From contig CAZYXZ010000006.1 in NCBI GenBank assembly GCA_964651395.1, forward strand, positions 1 to 63,585: DNA of 63,585 nucleotides, given 5' to 3'. The notes under the pieces were generated by a model. That model had not been told where the DNA came from. It made no database searches and worked only from the letters and a program-made list of their open reading frames with translations. Shown in pieces: positions 1-9,758 of this stretch. The stretch is from an uncultured Frankiaceae bacterium. GTDB taxonomy: Bacteria; Actinomycetota; Actinomycetes; BP-191. The stretch's first letter is position 1. Each line of letters begins with the position of its first letter. Position numbers and translations under genes: made by a program.

Positions 1-512
1 GTCGCCGGGACCACCGCGGTCGGCGCCGACGCCGGCAGTCCGAACTGGCGCGCCAGCTCGACACCGCGCTCGTTCCACGAGACGTAGCCGGCCATGCGTC
101 GCAGGTTCCGGCGGGCGACCGCGACCCGGATCCGGGCCTCCACGCGTCCGCCGTGCGTGAACATGTTGTCGGCGCCGTGACCGGTGACGGGGGAGGCACC
201 GCCCAGGCACTGCGCCGCGAGCAGTCCCCACGGCTCGGTGTGCACGTGCACGATGTCGGGTCGTCTCCGGCGGATCAGCCGGCCGAGCCCGGGGTAGACC
301 CACCACAGCTGGTCGCGACGGCGCAGCCGGCGCGGGACGAAGACGTGCGACTCGGCGAAGTCGGGCCGGCCGCCGACCGGGAGCACGCCGCCGGTCTCGA
401 GTGCCGTCATCGACCCAGCGATGCTCAGCTCGACATCAGGCCGGTCGGCGACCGCACGCCACAGCGCGTTGTGCTCGGGGACGAGCTGGCTGGTGACCAG
501 CAGCACGCGCAT
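1..512 (-). CDS. Glycosyltransferase family 4 protein, N-terminal part (runs off window start)
   Basis: Not in the ORF track. Manual minus-strand translation from ATG 512 gives MRVLLVTSQLVPEHNALWRAV...LIRRRRPDIVHVHTEPWGLL..., a GT-B N-terminal PDIVHVH motif. TGATG overlap with the upstream GT4 stop. Confidence 0.8.
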   Translation of the reverse strand, partial: MRVLLVTSQLVPEHNALWRAVADRPDVELSIAGSMTALETGGVLPVGGRPDFAESHVFVPRRLRRRDQLWWVYPGLGRLIRRRRPDIVHVHTEPWGLLAAQCLGGASPVTGHGADNMFTHGGRVEARIRVAVARRNLRRMAGYVSWNERGVELARQFGLPASAPTAVVPA

Positions 513-1666
513 CAGCGGGACACCGCGCGGTAGACGTCGAGCAGCTGGTCGAGGCCCCGCTGCGGTGTGTAGCGGGCGAGGTAGCGGTCACGCGCGGCGG
601 CGGCGTACGGCGCCAGGTCCGCCGCGGCGGCGGCACGCAGCGCCGCGGCGAGGGGCTCCGGATCGGGCGCGGCCGTCCAGCCCACCGACGCGTCGACGAG
701 CTCCGTCATCGCGCCTAGCGCGGACGCGACCACCGGTCGCCCGTGCGCGAAGGCTTCCACGACGACACGGGGGAACCCCTCGTAGCAGAGCGACGGGACG
801 ACGACGACCCCGCTCTGGGCCATGCGGCGGGACACCTCGTCGCGCGTCAGGCTGCCGGTCAGGATGATGCCCGGCACCTCCGCCGCCGCCCGGCGCACGT
901 CGTCGCGGAGCTCGCCGTCGCCGACGACGACCAGCTGCCGATCGGACAGCGCCGCCCGCTCCCACGCGCGGACAAGCAGCAGGATGCCCTTCTCCAGGTC
1001 GAAGCGGCCGGCGTAGAGGAAGTCCGCGCCCGGTGCCCCGGCTGGACCGGGGTCGGGCGCGGAGTTGGGCCGGACCAGCATCCGATCGGCCGGCAGCCCG
1101 GCGGCGACGAGCTTGGCCGCCATGAACTCGGTCAGCGGCAGGAAGCGCTCGACCTGCCGCCACGTCGCGCGGTGCACGGCCTGCGCGGTCGCCATGGGCA
1201 CGCTCTGCAGGCGGGACCCCCGGTAGCAGCCGTGCACCACGCCCGGCAGTGGGACGCGCTTGCCGAGGCAGTCCTCGCAGACGTGCCCGTCGCGGAACAA
1301 GGTGCCGGCCAGGCAGGTGTGCCGGTAGTTGTGCACGGTCTGCACGACGGGCACGCCGTGCCGCTGCGCGACCCGTACGACGGAGGGTGAGACGAGCGGG
1401 AACGGGTTGTGCAGATGCACGACCTCTGGCCGGTTCGACCGGATGAGCTGGTCGAGCTGCCGGCTGGCCACACGCGAGTGCACGGGCCGCAAGGGCAACG
1501 TGAGCAGTGCCGTAGGACCGAACTCGTCGATGTCGTCGCTCGACGGAAGGTACGCGGTGACGTCGTGGCCGGCTGCACGCAGCAGCTCGATCTCGTCGTC
1601 GACCACTTGGTTCTCACCCGACGGGACGTCGGACCGGTACCGGTTGTGAACGACGAGTATCCGCAT
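512..1666 (-). CDS. Glycosyltransferase family 4 protein
   Basis: MRILVVHNRY...PEVVHLHN...YAGRFDLEKG...PSLCYEGFPRVVVEAFAHGRPVV (GT4 EX7E motif). Confidence 0.92.
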   Translation of the reverse strand: MRILVVHNRYRSDVPSGENQVVDDEIELLRAAGHDVTAYLPSSDDIDEFGPTALLTLPLRPVHSRVASRQLDQLIRSNRPEVVHLHNPFPLVSPSVVRVAQRHGVPVVQTVHNYRHTCLAGTLFRDGHVCEDCLGKRVPLPGVVHGCYRGSRLQSVPMATAQAVHRATWRQVERFLPLTEFMAAKLVAAGLPADRMLVRPNSAPDPGPAGAPGADFLYAGRFDLEKGILLLVRAWERAALSDRQLVVVGDGELRDDVRRAAAEVPGIILTGSLTRDEVSRRMAQSGVVVVPSLCYEGFPRVVVEAFAHGRPVVASALGAMTELVDASVGWTAAPDPEPLAAALRAAAAADLAPYAAAARDRYLARYTPQRGLDQLLDVYRAVSR

Positions 1667-1676
1667 TGGGCCCGCG

Positions 1677-1686
1677 AGTCTACAGT
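1677..1686. promoter_or_regulatory. Overlapping back-to-back -10 hexamers (TAGACT on minus, TACAGT on plus) for divergent genes
   Basis: Only 26 bp separate the divergent ATGs at 1666 and 1693. TACAGT at 1681-1686 is 6 nt before ATG 1693. TAGACT (minus, 1677-1682) is 10 nt before ATG 1666. Confidence 0.55.
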
Positions 1687-1692
1687 CCGCGC

Positions 1693-2646
1693 ATGCCGGT
1701 CCGGATCTGGGATTGCGTCATCGTCAACGACGAGATCGATCTCCTCCATGCGCGTATGCGCGTCCTCGATTCGTCGGTGCACGGCTTCATCGTCTGCGAG
1801 GGTGATCTGACGTTCACGGGCCGGCCCAAACCTCTGCACTTCGCCGAGAACCGCGAGCGTTTCCGGGAGTGGAAGGAGCGCATCGTCTACGTCCGGGCGA
1901 CGCTTCCGGTGGCGGCGGCGTCCGCATGGGAACGCGAGGGGGCGCAGCGCGACGCCTTGGCACCGGCGATCGCGGCGCTCGATCCCGACGACCTCGTCCT
2001 GATGGCCGACGTCGACGAGTTCCCTCCGCTCGAGCTGCTCGAGACCCTCGCCGGCGAGCTCACGACGCCGGCCATCTTCCACATGCCGCACGCGATCTAC
2101 TTCGTGGACTGCCTGTCCCCCGACACCTTCCGCCACATCCCGACATTCCGCGCCCGTGACTACACGCGGATGATCGAGTTGCAGCGCGCGCCGGGCGGTT
2201 GGGGTGGCGCTGACCTGGTCGGCGGTCTGCACGTCTCGTTCCTCGGCGGCCCGGAGCAGATCCGCAGGAAGGTCGCGGCGTACTCGCACCAGGAGTACGA
2301 CCTCGAGCGGGTCGCGAACCTCGCGCACCTCGAGCGCTGCCTTCGGTACCGCGCCCACTTCACCGGCACGGTGGCCATGCGGGTGAGCCCGATGAGCGCC
2401 TGGACGTCGCTGCAGCACGCACTCGCCCGCGAGCTGCCCGGCAGCGTCGCGGGATCCGAAGCGGTCCCCCGGTCGAGGTCCGAGGCGTTCACCGGCTACG
2501 CGCGGCTGCGGAGGACGAAGCGACTTCCGGACCGGCTCGTCGGCTGGACGGATCGGCACGTCGAGGGATTGCTCCGCGTCGCCGGGCCGCTCCTGCGCGC
2601 CGCGTACCGGCTGTTCCGGCGCCTCCACCTGCGACGGGTGAGTTAG
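1693..2646 (+). CDS. GT17-like (MGAT3/GnT-III family) glycosyltransferase
   Basis: IWDCVIVNDEIDLLHARM...FIVCEGDLTFTGRPKPLHF...EREGAQRDAL...MADVDEFP...GLHVSFLGG resembles the GT17 pattern. Start moved to ATG 1693 because the track start collides with the divergent gene. Confidence 0.7.
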   Translation: MPVRIWDCVIVNDEIDLLHARMRVLDSSVHGFIVCEGDLTFTGRPKPLHFAENRERFREWKERIVYVRATLPVAAASAWEREGAQRDALAPAIAALDPDDLVLMADVDEFPPLELLETLAGELTTPAIFHMPHAIYFVDCLSPDTFRHIPTFRARDYTRMIELQRAPGGWGGADLVGGLHVSFLGGPEQIRRKVAAYSHQEYDLERVANLAHLERCLRYRAHFTGTVAMRVSPMSAWTSLQHALARELPGSVAGSEAVPRSRSEAFTGYARLRRTKRLPDRLVGWTDRHVEGLLRVAGPLLRAAYRLFRRLHLRRVS

Positions 2647-2657
2647 CCTCACTGCTC

Positions 2658-3344
2658 GTGTCGTCGCGCCAGGTCGCAAAGCGCTTCTACCGGACCCTCG
2701 TGCCGGCAGCGGTACGCAACTCGCGGTTCGTCACGAGGGTCAAGTCCACGCGCGCCTTCCACAACGTGATCTACGACGCCGACTACTACGAGGTCGACGT
2801 CGAAGGTCCCGCCGTCGCCAGCTCGGCGACGATGGCGGGCTCGCTCTTCCGGCTCTTCGCGCCGGCGACCGTGGTCGATGTCGGGTGCGGCACGGGAGCA
2901 TTGCTCGCGGCCTTTCGCGATCGTGGCTGCTCCGCGTTCGGCCTCGAGTACTCCAAGGCGGGCCTGGCGCGTTGCCGCGAGCGCGGCCTGGACGTCCAGC
3001 GGTTCGACCTCGAGCACGACAGCTTCCCGGCCGACCGCCGCTTCGACCTGGCCGTGAGCGTCGAGGTGGCGGAGCACCTGCCGGAGCGGATCGCCGACCG
3101 CTACGTCGATCTGCTCGCCCGACTCGCGCCCACGGTCGTGTTCACCGCCGCACCGCCCGGGCAGGAGGGGGCGGATCACGTGAACCTTCAGGAGAAGCAG
3201 TACTGGATCGACAAGTTCACGACACGCGGCATGCGCCATGACAGCGCGGAGTCGGAGCGGCTGGCGCGGACCTGGCGGGACGCGGGCGACGTGCAGTCCT
3301 GGTACTGCGACAACCTGATGCTGTTCCGGCGGGGCGCGTCGTAG
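2658..3344 (+). CDS. Class I SAM-dependent methyltransferase
   Basis: VVDVGCGTG motif I; FDLAVSVEVAEHL; located in a polysaccharide cluster. Confidence 0.88.
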   Translation: MSSRQVAKRFYRTLVPAAVRNSRFVTRVKSTRAFHNVIYDADYYEVDVEGPAVASSATMAGSLFRLFAPATVVDVGCGTGALLAAFRDRGCSAFGLEYSKAGLARCRERGLDVQRFDLEHDSFPADRRFDLAVSVEVAEHLPERIADRYVDLLARLAPTVVFTAAPPGQEGADHVNLQEKQYWIDKFTTRGMRHDSAESERLARTWRDAGDVQSWYCDNLMLFRRGAS

Positions 3345-3358
3345 CGGCGTGACGCTCC

Positions 3359-4306
3359 TCAGGTGCGCAGGCTCCCGAGGTTGTCGAGGAACCACTCGTA
3401 GGTCTGCTCGATGCCCTCGCGCAGGGCGATGCGCGGCTTCCAGCCCAGCGCACGCAGCCGGCTGACGTCGAGCACCTTGATCGGCATGCCGTCCGGCTTG
3501 GAGGCGTCGAACACGAGCTCGCCCTCGGGGTACACGACGTCGCGGACCAGCTCGGCCAGCTGGCGAATGGTCAGTCCGACTCCCGTACCGACATTGACGA
3601 ACTGGTCGTCGTCGTAGCTGTCCATGAGGAAGACACAGGCATCGGCGAGGTCGTCGACGTGGAGCAGCTCACGGACCGGGCTGCCGCTGCCCCAGATCTC
3701 GACCCCGCGCTCGCCCGACACCTTCGCCTCGTGGAACTTGCGCATGAGCGCAGGGAGCACGTGGCTGCTCGTCAGGTCGAAGTTGTCGTTCGGCCCGTAG
3801 AGGTTCGTCGGCATCGCCGAGACGAAGGTGTTGCCGTACTGCTTGTGGTAGGCCTGACACAGCTTGATGCCGCTGATCTTCGCGATGGCGTACGCCTCGT
3901 TCGTCGGCTCGAGCTCCCCGGTCAACAGCTGTTCCTCGGTCATCGGCTGCGCCGTCAGCCGGGGGTAGATGCAGGAGCTGCCGAGGTAGAGGAGCTTGCG
4001 CACGTCGAACAGGTGGCTCGCGTGGACGACAGTCGCGTGGATCATCAGGTTGTCGTAGAGGAACTCGGCGGGCGCCGTCGAGTTGGCCACGATGCCGCCG
4101 ACCTTGCCGGCGACCAGGTACACGTACTCCGGCCGGTGCGCGTCGAACCACGCGTTGACGGCCGACTGGTCACGGAGGTCGAGCTCGGTCCGGCTCGCGA
4201 GCAGCAGGTTGGTGTATCCGGCTGCTTCCAGGCGGCGGACGATCGCAGATCCGACGAGCCCGCGATGTCCGGACACGAAGATCCGCGCATCGAGGGCGAC
4301 GGACAC
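3359..4306 (-). CDS. fcl: GDP-L-fucose synthase
   Basis: [43 protein letters not shown] motifs. TAGGAT-N6-GTG suggests a leaderless start. Confidence 0.95.
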   Translation of the reverse strand: MSVALDARIFVSGHRGLVGSAIVRRLEAAGYTNLLLASRTELDLRDQSAVNAWFDAHRPEYVYLVAGKVGGIVANSTAPAEFLYDNLMIHATVVHASHLFDVRKLLYLGSSCIYPRLTAQPMTEEQLLTGELEPTNEAYAIAKISGIKLCQAYHKQYGNTFVSAMPTNLYGPNDNFDLTSSHVLPALMRKFHEAKVSGERGVEIWGSGSPVRELLHVDDLADACVFLMDSYDDDQFVNVGTGVGLTIRQLAELVRDVVYPEGELVFDASKPDGMPIKVLDVSRLRALGWKPRIALREGIEQTYEWFLDNLGSLRT

Positions 4307-4332
4307 AACCGGATCCTATGCCGGTGTCTGGA

Positions 4333-5178
4333 TCAGCCGTCCGACGGCTGGATGACCCGGTTGCCGCGGGCCGCACCCGCCAGGAAGACGCTGTTGCCCA
4401 CGACGTAGCGCTTGGCGAGGCGTCGCGGTTCGGTCGCGAACCGGAACAGCCACTCGATGCCGCTGTGCTGCATCCACTTCGGCGCCTCGCGCTTCGCGCC
4501 GGCGATGAAGTCGAACGCCGCGCCGACCGGGATGAGGGTCGCGGGCAGGCGGTCGCGCATCCGGTCCACGAAGATGTCCTGCTTCGGCGTACCGAGGCCG
4601 ACCCAGACGGCGTGCGCGCCGGAGCGCTGCACGTTGCGGATGAACCGGGCCAGCTCGGCCGGGGTCGGGTCGCGGAACGGCGGCGACTCGATGCCGACGA
4701 TCTCGACGCCCGGAGCGATCTCCTCGAGGTGGCGGCGCAGGTCGGCGACGACCTCGGGCGACCCGCCGTACAGGTAGTGCTTCATGCCCCAGCTGCGGCC
4801 GGCCTTGATCGCCTCGACCATGAAGTCGGGGCCCCGGGTCGCGCGGTCGAGGTGGTCGAAGCCGAGCTTGCGGCCGATCCAGGCCACGGGGGTGCCGTCG
4901 GGCAGGTTCACGTCGCCGCGGTTGAGCAGCGCGGCGAAGTCGGGGTCGCGACGGGCGAGGGACAGCGTGTAGGCGTTGCACAGGTGGAAGGCCGCACCCA
5001 CCCGGCGCCGGGCCAGCCACTGCAGGCGGTCGAGGGCCTCGTCGATGGTCAGCGCGTCGATGCGCACCTCGCAGCACTCGAACGCGCCGTTGACCGGCAC
5101 GGCGTCGTCACGCCATGCGACCAGCTCGTCGCTGTTCGTGTCGACGAGAGTCGTCGGCCACGCCTCGACCGCTGTCAC
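4333..5178 (-). CDS. WecB/TagA/CpsF family glycosyltransferase
   Basis: LPDGTPVAW, VWVGLGTPKQD, VGAAFDF, EWLFRFATEPRRLAKRY motifs. Confidence 0.92.
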   Translation of the reverse strand: MTAVEAWPTTLVDTNSDELVAWRDDAVPVNGAFECCEVRIDALTIDEALDRLQWLARRRVGAAFHLCNAYTLSLARRDPDFAALLNRGDVNLPDGTPVAWIGRKLGFDHLDRATRGPDFMVEAIKAGRSWGMKHYLYGGSPEVVADLRRHLEEIAPGVEIVGIESPPFRDPTPAELARFIRNVQRSGAHAVWVGLGTPKQDIFVDRMRDRLPATLIPVGAAFDFIAGAKREAPKWMQHSGIEWLFRFATEPRRLAKRYVVGNSVFLAGAARGNRVIQPSDG

Positions 5179-5418
5179 GGTTGGTTAACCCTTCCGCTGC
5201 GACCCATCAGTCACAGCCGCCCCATTGGGCAAAGATCGAAACGGCAGTATAAGAACGTGTTCCGTGATGTGCCTAGGTCTCCTGGTACTTACTACTCGTC
5301 GCACCCGGCCGCGGACTTGACCCGGTTTCGCCGATTCGCAGGGTCATCCTGCATCCCGACATGTGAATAAACGAGGAACGCGTAGAGAGGTCGCGCTCCA
5401 TCTGGAATCCGCATGGTG

Positions 5419-6015
5419 CTACATCTGTTCCCGCAGCGCCCCGTTCTCTTCCAGGTAGGCCCGGCCGGTCCGGGGGCAGCGCCACGCGTTCTCGCCGTCC
5501 GGGGTCAGGGGCACGCCGGCCTGGCCGACCCACCCGGTACGCCGGGCCGGCACGCCCACGACCAGCGCGAAGTCGGGGACGTCCCGGCTCACCACGGCCC
5601 CCGCGCCGACCAGCGCCCAGGAACCGATCCGCACACCGGCCAGCACGACTGCCCGCGCGCCGATGGCCGCGCCCTCCCCCACCGTCACGCCCAGCGGCCG
5701 CCAGTCCGCGGCGCCCTGGAGCCGGCCCTCCGGCGTCACGGCCCGCGGGTAGGGGTCGTTGGCCAGTACCACGCCCGGGCCGAGGAAGACGCCGTCGCCG
5801 AGCACGGCCGGGGAGTAGACCAGGACGTGGTCCTGGAGCTTGCACCGGTCGCCGAGACGGACGCCGGCGTCGACGTACGCGCCCCGCCCGATCGTGCAGT
5901 GAGCACCGACCACGGCACCCTCGCGGACGAGGGCCAGACCCCAGACCGTGGTATCCGCGCCCAGGCTCGCCCCTTCCGCGACCGTCGCGGTGGGATCGAC
6001 GCGCGCAGCGGCCAT
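5419..6015 (-). CDS. Hexapeptide-repeat sugar N-acetyltransferase (WbpD-like)
   Basis: MAAARVDPTATVAEGASLG...LANDPYPRA...IGSWALVGAGAVVSRDVPDFALVVGVPARR. ATG 6015 is coupled to the upstream stop (TGATG). Confidence 0.88.
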   Translation of the reverse strand: MAAARVDPTATVAEGASLGADTTVWGLALVREGAVVGAHCTIGRGAYVDAGVRLGDRCKLQDHVLVYSPAVLGDGVFLGPGVVLANDPYPRAVTPEGRLQGAADWRPLGVTVGEGAAIGARAVVLAGVRIGSWALVGAGAVVSRDVPDFALVVGVPARRTGWVGQAGVPLTPDGENAWRCPRTGRAYLEENGALREQM

Positions 6016-7460
6016 CAGTAGGCACCCCGCCCGCGCACGACGGCGAAGGCGGTCTTCCAGAGGATGAGGAAGTCCAGCGCGGGCGACCAGTTCTCCACGT
6101 AGTACAGGTCGAGGCGGACCGACTCCTCCCACGACAGGTCGGAGCGGCCGCTCACCTGCCACAGCCCGGTGACCCCGGGCTTGACCAGCAGCCGCCGCCG
6201 CACGTGCTCGGGGTACTGCGCGACTTCGGACGGCAGGGGCGGCCTCGGCCCGACCAGCGACATGGACCCCCCCACGACGTTGAACAGCTGCGGCAGCTCG
6301 TCCAGCGAGTACCGGCGCAGCCACCGACCGAGCGGCGTCACACGCGGGTCCCGTCTGATCTTGAACAGCAGGCCGTCGTGCTCGTTGAACTCGGCCAACC
6401 CCTCGACCTGCTCGTCCGAGCCGAGGTACATGCTGCGGAACTTCCAGAGCGAGAACTCCTGGCCCTGGCGGCCGACCCGCACCTGCCGGAACAGGATCGG
6501 TCCACGGCTGCTCGCCTTGATGGCGACCGCCGCGAGGAGCAGGACGGGCGAGAGCGACACCAGGAGCAGCACGCCCAGCCCGCGGTCGAGGCCGCCCTTG
6601 AGCAGGCGGCGCCCGCCCGCGAACGTGGGCTCCTCGACGTGCAGCAGGGCCAGGCCCGCGACCGGTCGGATATGGATGCGCGGGCCCGCGATGTCGGTCA
6701 GCGCGGGTGCCACCACCAGGTCGACTCCACGTCCCTCGAGCTCCCAGGACAGCTCGCGCAGCCGCGAGCCGCGCAGGCTGCCGGCGACGGCGACCGTGTC
6801 CGCGCGCATCTCGACCAGCGCCTTGAGCACGTCGTCGGTCCCGCCGAGCACCGGGACGTCGAGCTCCTTTGCGGCGGCCTCCTGGTCGCCGAGGACGCAG
6901 GCGCCCGCGACGACGAAACCGGCGTACGGCTCACGGCGCACCTCGGCCAGCAGCTCGAGCACCTCGTCGACCGCGCCGACGACGACGACCCGGTGGCAGC
7001 AGCGGCCGGTCTCCCGGAGCGCGTGCAGCGCCTTGCGCGCGAGGTACCGGCCGATCAGGAGCAGCACCACGCCCAGCGGGATGGCCACCCCGACGTAGCC
7101 GCGGGCGATCTCCGCCTTGCTCAGGTAGGAGGTCGTCGCGACGACGGCGGCCAGGCGGATCGAGCCGTTGAAGACGCGCTTGAACTCCTCGGAGCCGGTG
7201 CCGATGAAGCGCGACTCGTACGCGCGGCTCATCGCCAGCACGACGACCCAGACGGGAGCCAGGCCCGCCGTGAACAGCGTGTAGCTCCAGTCACGGACCG
7301 GGAGCTCGCCGCTGCTGAACCGGTAGCGGTTGGCCACGAGGGCGGCGAGCGACACGAGCACGGCGTCCAGGACGACGAGCAGCGACGAGTACGCCGGCAG
7401 CCAGGCCGGCTGGAGGGAGACGTGCGGCAGGGTGCGCGGTGCCGCGTCGGTGGCGGCCAT
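6015..7460 (-). CDS. Priming polyprenyl glycosylphosphotransferase (WcaJ/WbaP-like sugar transferase)
   Basis: N-terminal TM helices; WKFRSM, RDPRVTPLGRWLRRYSLDELPQLFNV, SLVGPRP, KPGVTGLWQV, DLYYVENWS. Confidence 0.95.
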   Translation of the reverse strand: MAATDAAPRTLPHVSLQPAWLPAYSSLLVVLDAVLVSLAALVANRYRFSSGELPVRDWSYTLFTAGLAPVWVVVLAMSRAYESRFIGTGSEEFKRVFNGSIRLAAVVATTSYLSKAEIARGYVGVAIPLGVVLLLIGRYLARKALHALRETGRCCHRVVVVGAVDEVLELLAEVRREPYAGFVVAGACVLGDQEAAAKELDVPVLGGTDDVLKALVEMRADTVAVAGSLRGSRLRELSWELEGRGVDLVVAPALTDIAGPRIHIRPVAGLALLHVEEPTFAGGRRLLKGGLDRGLGVLLLVSLSPVLLLAAVAIKASSRGPILFRQVRVGRQGQEFSLWKFRSMYLGSDEQVEGLAEFNEHDGLLFKIRRDPRVTPLGRWLRRYSLDELPQLFNVVGGSMSLVGPRPPLPSEVAQYPEHVRRRLLVKPGVTGLWQVSGRSDLSWEESVRLDLYYVENWSPALDFLILWKTAFAVVRGRGAY

Positions 7461-9271
7461 CAGCGCTCCATCACGACGGTGACCAGGTCCGGTGCCACGA
7501 GCGGCTGCGACCGGATCACCGGCGCCGCGCGGCCGTCCGGCTCGCGCAGCTCGAGGTGCAGCGTGATCGACTTGCCCGGATCGATCTCGAGGAAAGAGGA
7601 GAACACGGAGTGGCCGCGCTCCGTCTCCACCTCCATGAGCGTCTCCGTCTCGCCGAGCACCAGGGGCGTGCCGGGCACGCCCTGCAGCCGCGCGAAGTCG
7701 ACGTCACCGACGGCTGCACGCTCCAGGGTCGCACCGATGCCCGCGAAGACGGACACGTAGAGCCGGTTCTGGCCCAGCGGGTACTCGTCCTCCTCGCGCA
7801 GGTCGGGCCGCGCCGTGACGTACGCCGGCAGCCCGCGCGCCGGCGCCGTGTTGCGGAGGGTCACGTCGACGACGGCCCGCCCCGTGCCGTCGGGCATCCG
7901 GCGGAACGAGTAACGGATCTCGCGGCGGAGGTAGAAGTCGAGCTTCGTCCCGCCGGCGTTGTTCACGGCGACCTGCAGGTACGGCCCCGGCGTGGTCGGC
8001 ACGGCTCCGGAGATCGGCAGCGTCAGGAGCACGTCCTGGATGGCGGGCTCGTTGCTGGCCATCTGGATGTGACCCTCACCGACGGCCCGGCCCAGCGCCT
8101 CGAGCAGGCGCACCGGGTCACCGCCACCCGTGAGCGCCCGGTACGCCGCCTCCGCGACGCCGATGAAGAAGGCGTCCCGGTCGTCCTCGTCCTCGAAGCG
8201 CGCGTAGGCGTCACGCATGGTGGCGGCCACGATGCCTGCGCCGTCGATGCGCGTGCCGTCGGGCAACGTGGCCGGACCCGTGGCGTCGAGCAGGTAGCCG
8301 AGCCCCACGGGGTCGATCGCGATCGTCCCGTCGACGCTGACTCCGCTCTGCCGCCGGTACAGCTCAGTGATCACCGTGTTGGTGTACGGGAAGTGCGGGC
8401 TCATGTTCGCGTTGAGCCAGAACGAGTCGGCCTCGAACCTGCGGTACCGCGCAGCGAAGTCGACGGCGACCGGCACGACGCGTCCCGGCACCGACTTGAG
8501 ATCGATGTTCGGGCCGACGTGCTCGAGGCTCAACCGGCCCTGGTCGGCCCGCACGATGGCGTACGAGCCGATCAGGCCGCCGGCGCCGCGTGACTCGGCG
8601 TTGTTCTGCACCGCGAGGAAGTAGCGCCGCGGTCCGCTGCCGCCCAGCATGCGCGGCGCGACCGTCAGCGCGGACACCGCCGTACGCGAGGACGCGGCGA
8701 AGCGGTCCAGCTCGGTCAGCAGCTCCCGTCGTGCCGCGCCCAGCGCGCCCACCGTCCAGCGCGGACTGAGGCGATCGACGCGCTCGCGCAGCGACCCGAG
8801 CCGGTCCGCCGCTCGCGCGAGCGGGGGACGTGCGCGCTCGAGCGCCGGTACGGAGATCCGATCGCCCGCCGGGCGCAGCGTCGTCGGGGCCAGCTCGCCG
8901 GCGGCCGTCACCAGATCGGGGAGGACCTGGTGGGTCAGCTCGTCGGCGACGTCGGCGAGCTCGGCCGCGGTCCGGAACGTGCTGCCGAGGATGGGTACCT
9001 TCGCGTAGATCCGCCAGACCGGGTCACCGGTGAGCCGCTTGGCGCGCGCGGTCCGCGGCTGCAGCGCGGCCACGAGGTTGCGCAGGGCGCCCGTGTCACC
9101 GTCCTGGACCGTGGCCTCGACCGCCCCCACCGCGGTGCGCGCCTGCAGCAGCTCGCTGCGCGCCATGCGACCACGCAGGCCGACCCAGACCAGGCTCAAC
9201 AGGAAGAAAGAGAGCAGAACCGCCGCGACGAGAAACGCCGGCCGGCGACGACCTAGGAGTCGGCTAGCCAG
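7460..9271 (-). CDS. DUF4012 domain-containing membrane-anchored protein
   Basis: Single N-terminal TM; RYFLAVQNNAESRGAGGLIG, NANMSPHFP, DGTIAIDP, NNAGGTKLDFYL. Start uncertain: CTG 9271 or GTG 9382. Confidence 0.8.
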   Translation of the reverse strand: MASRLLGRRRPAFLVAAVLLSFFLLSLVWVGLRGRMARSELLQARTAVGAVEATVQDGDTGALRNLVAALQPRTARAKRLTGDPVWRIYAKVPILGSTFRTAAELADVADELTHQVLPDLVTAAGELAPTTLRPAGDRISVPALERARPPLARAADRLGSLRERVDRLSPRWTVGALGAARRELLTELDRFAASSRTAVSALTVAPRMLGGSGPRRYFLAVQNNAESRGAGGLIGSYAIVRADQGRLSLEHVGPNIDLKSVPGRVVPVAVDFAARYRRFEADSFWLNANMSPHFPYTNTVITELYRRQSGVSVDGTIAIDPVGLGYLLDATGPATLPDGTRIDGAGIVAATMRDAYARFEDEDDRDAFFIGVAEAAYRALTGGGDPVRLLEALGRAVGEGHIQMASNEPAIQDVLLTLPISGAVPTTPGPYLQVAVNNAGGTKLDFYLRREIRYSFRRMPDGTGRAVVDVTLRNTAPARGLPAYVTARPDLREEDEYPLGQNRLYVSVFAGIGATLERAAVGDVDFARLQGVPGTPLVLGETETLMEVETERGHSVFSSFLEIDPGKSITLHLELREPDGRAAPVIRSQPLVAPDLVTVVMER

Positions 9272-9677
9272 TGACGGAGACGTGCACGACGCGCGAGACG
9301 GCGCGGGCGTAGTTGCCCTCACCCGAGAAGACCACCAGGAAGTCGGTCGTCTGGTTGCGCGCCACCTTGAAGCCGTGACCACCCGCGGCGTTGGTCACCG
9401 TCTGCGTGAGATAGGTGAACGGATTGCCGTGGACGGTGCGGGTGAACAGGCCGACCCGGCCGCCCGGGAGACCGCAGCCGTTGCGCGTGAGGTTGCCGCC
9501 GACGGAGAAGACCTGACCGGCCTTCACGGTCACGAACTCCGTGAAGAGCGAGATGCGCGGGTTGTTGGGCGGATACGGGCAGATGTTGGGCGGGATCGAC
9601 GCCGAGGCAGGCGCCATCCATGCGGTGGCAGCCACTGCGGTGGCAGCCGCCACCAGGCTCAGCTTGCGCGCTCGCAT
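9264..9677 (-). CDS. Small secreted protein, beta-sandwich-like, unknown function
   Basis: Sec signal ending APASA; SD AGGAG 4 nt before ATG; two Cys. Confidence 0.75.
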   Translation of the reverse strand: MRARKLSLVAAATAVAATAWMAPASASIPPNICPYPPNNPRISLFTEFVTVKAGQVFSVGGNLTRNGCGLPGGRVGLFTRTVHGNPFTYLTQTVTNAAGGHGFKVARNQTTDFLVVFSGEGNYARAVSRVVHVSVTG

Positions 9678-9727
9678 GGTGCTCCTGTCGTTCGGGCGTA
9701 CGGCCGGGCGACCCCCTACACCAGGTC

Positions 9728-9758
9728 AGCCTACTCAAGTGCGGCTTCGCAGGGTCAA
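9728..9758 (-). promoter_or_regulatory. Putative housekeeping-sigma promoter for the polysaccharide operon
   Basis: TTGACC-N19-TAGGCT on the minus strand upstream of ATG 9677; the spacer is slightly long. Confidence 0.4.
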
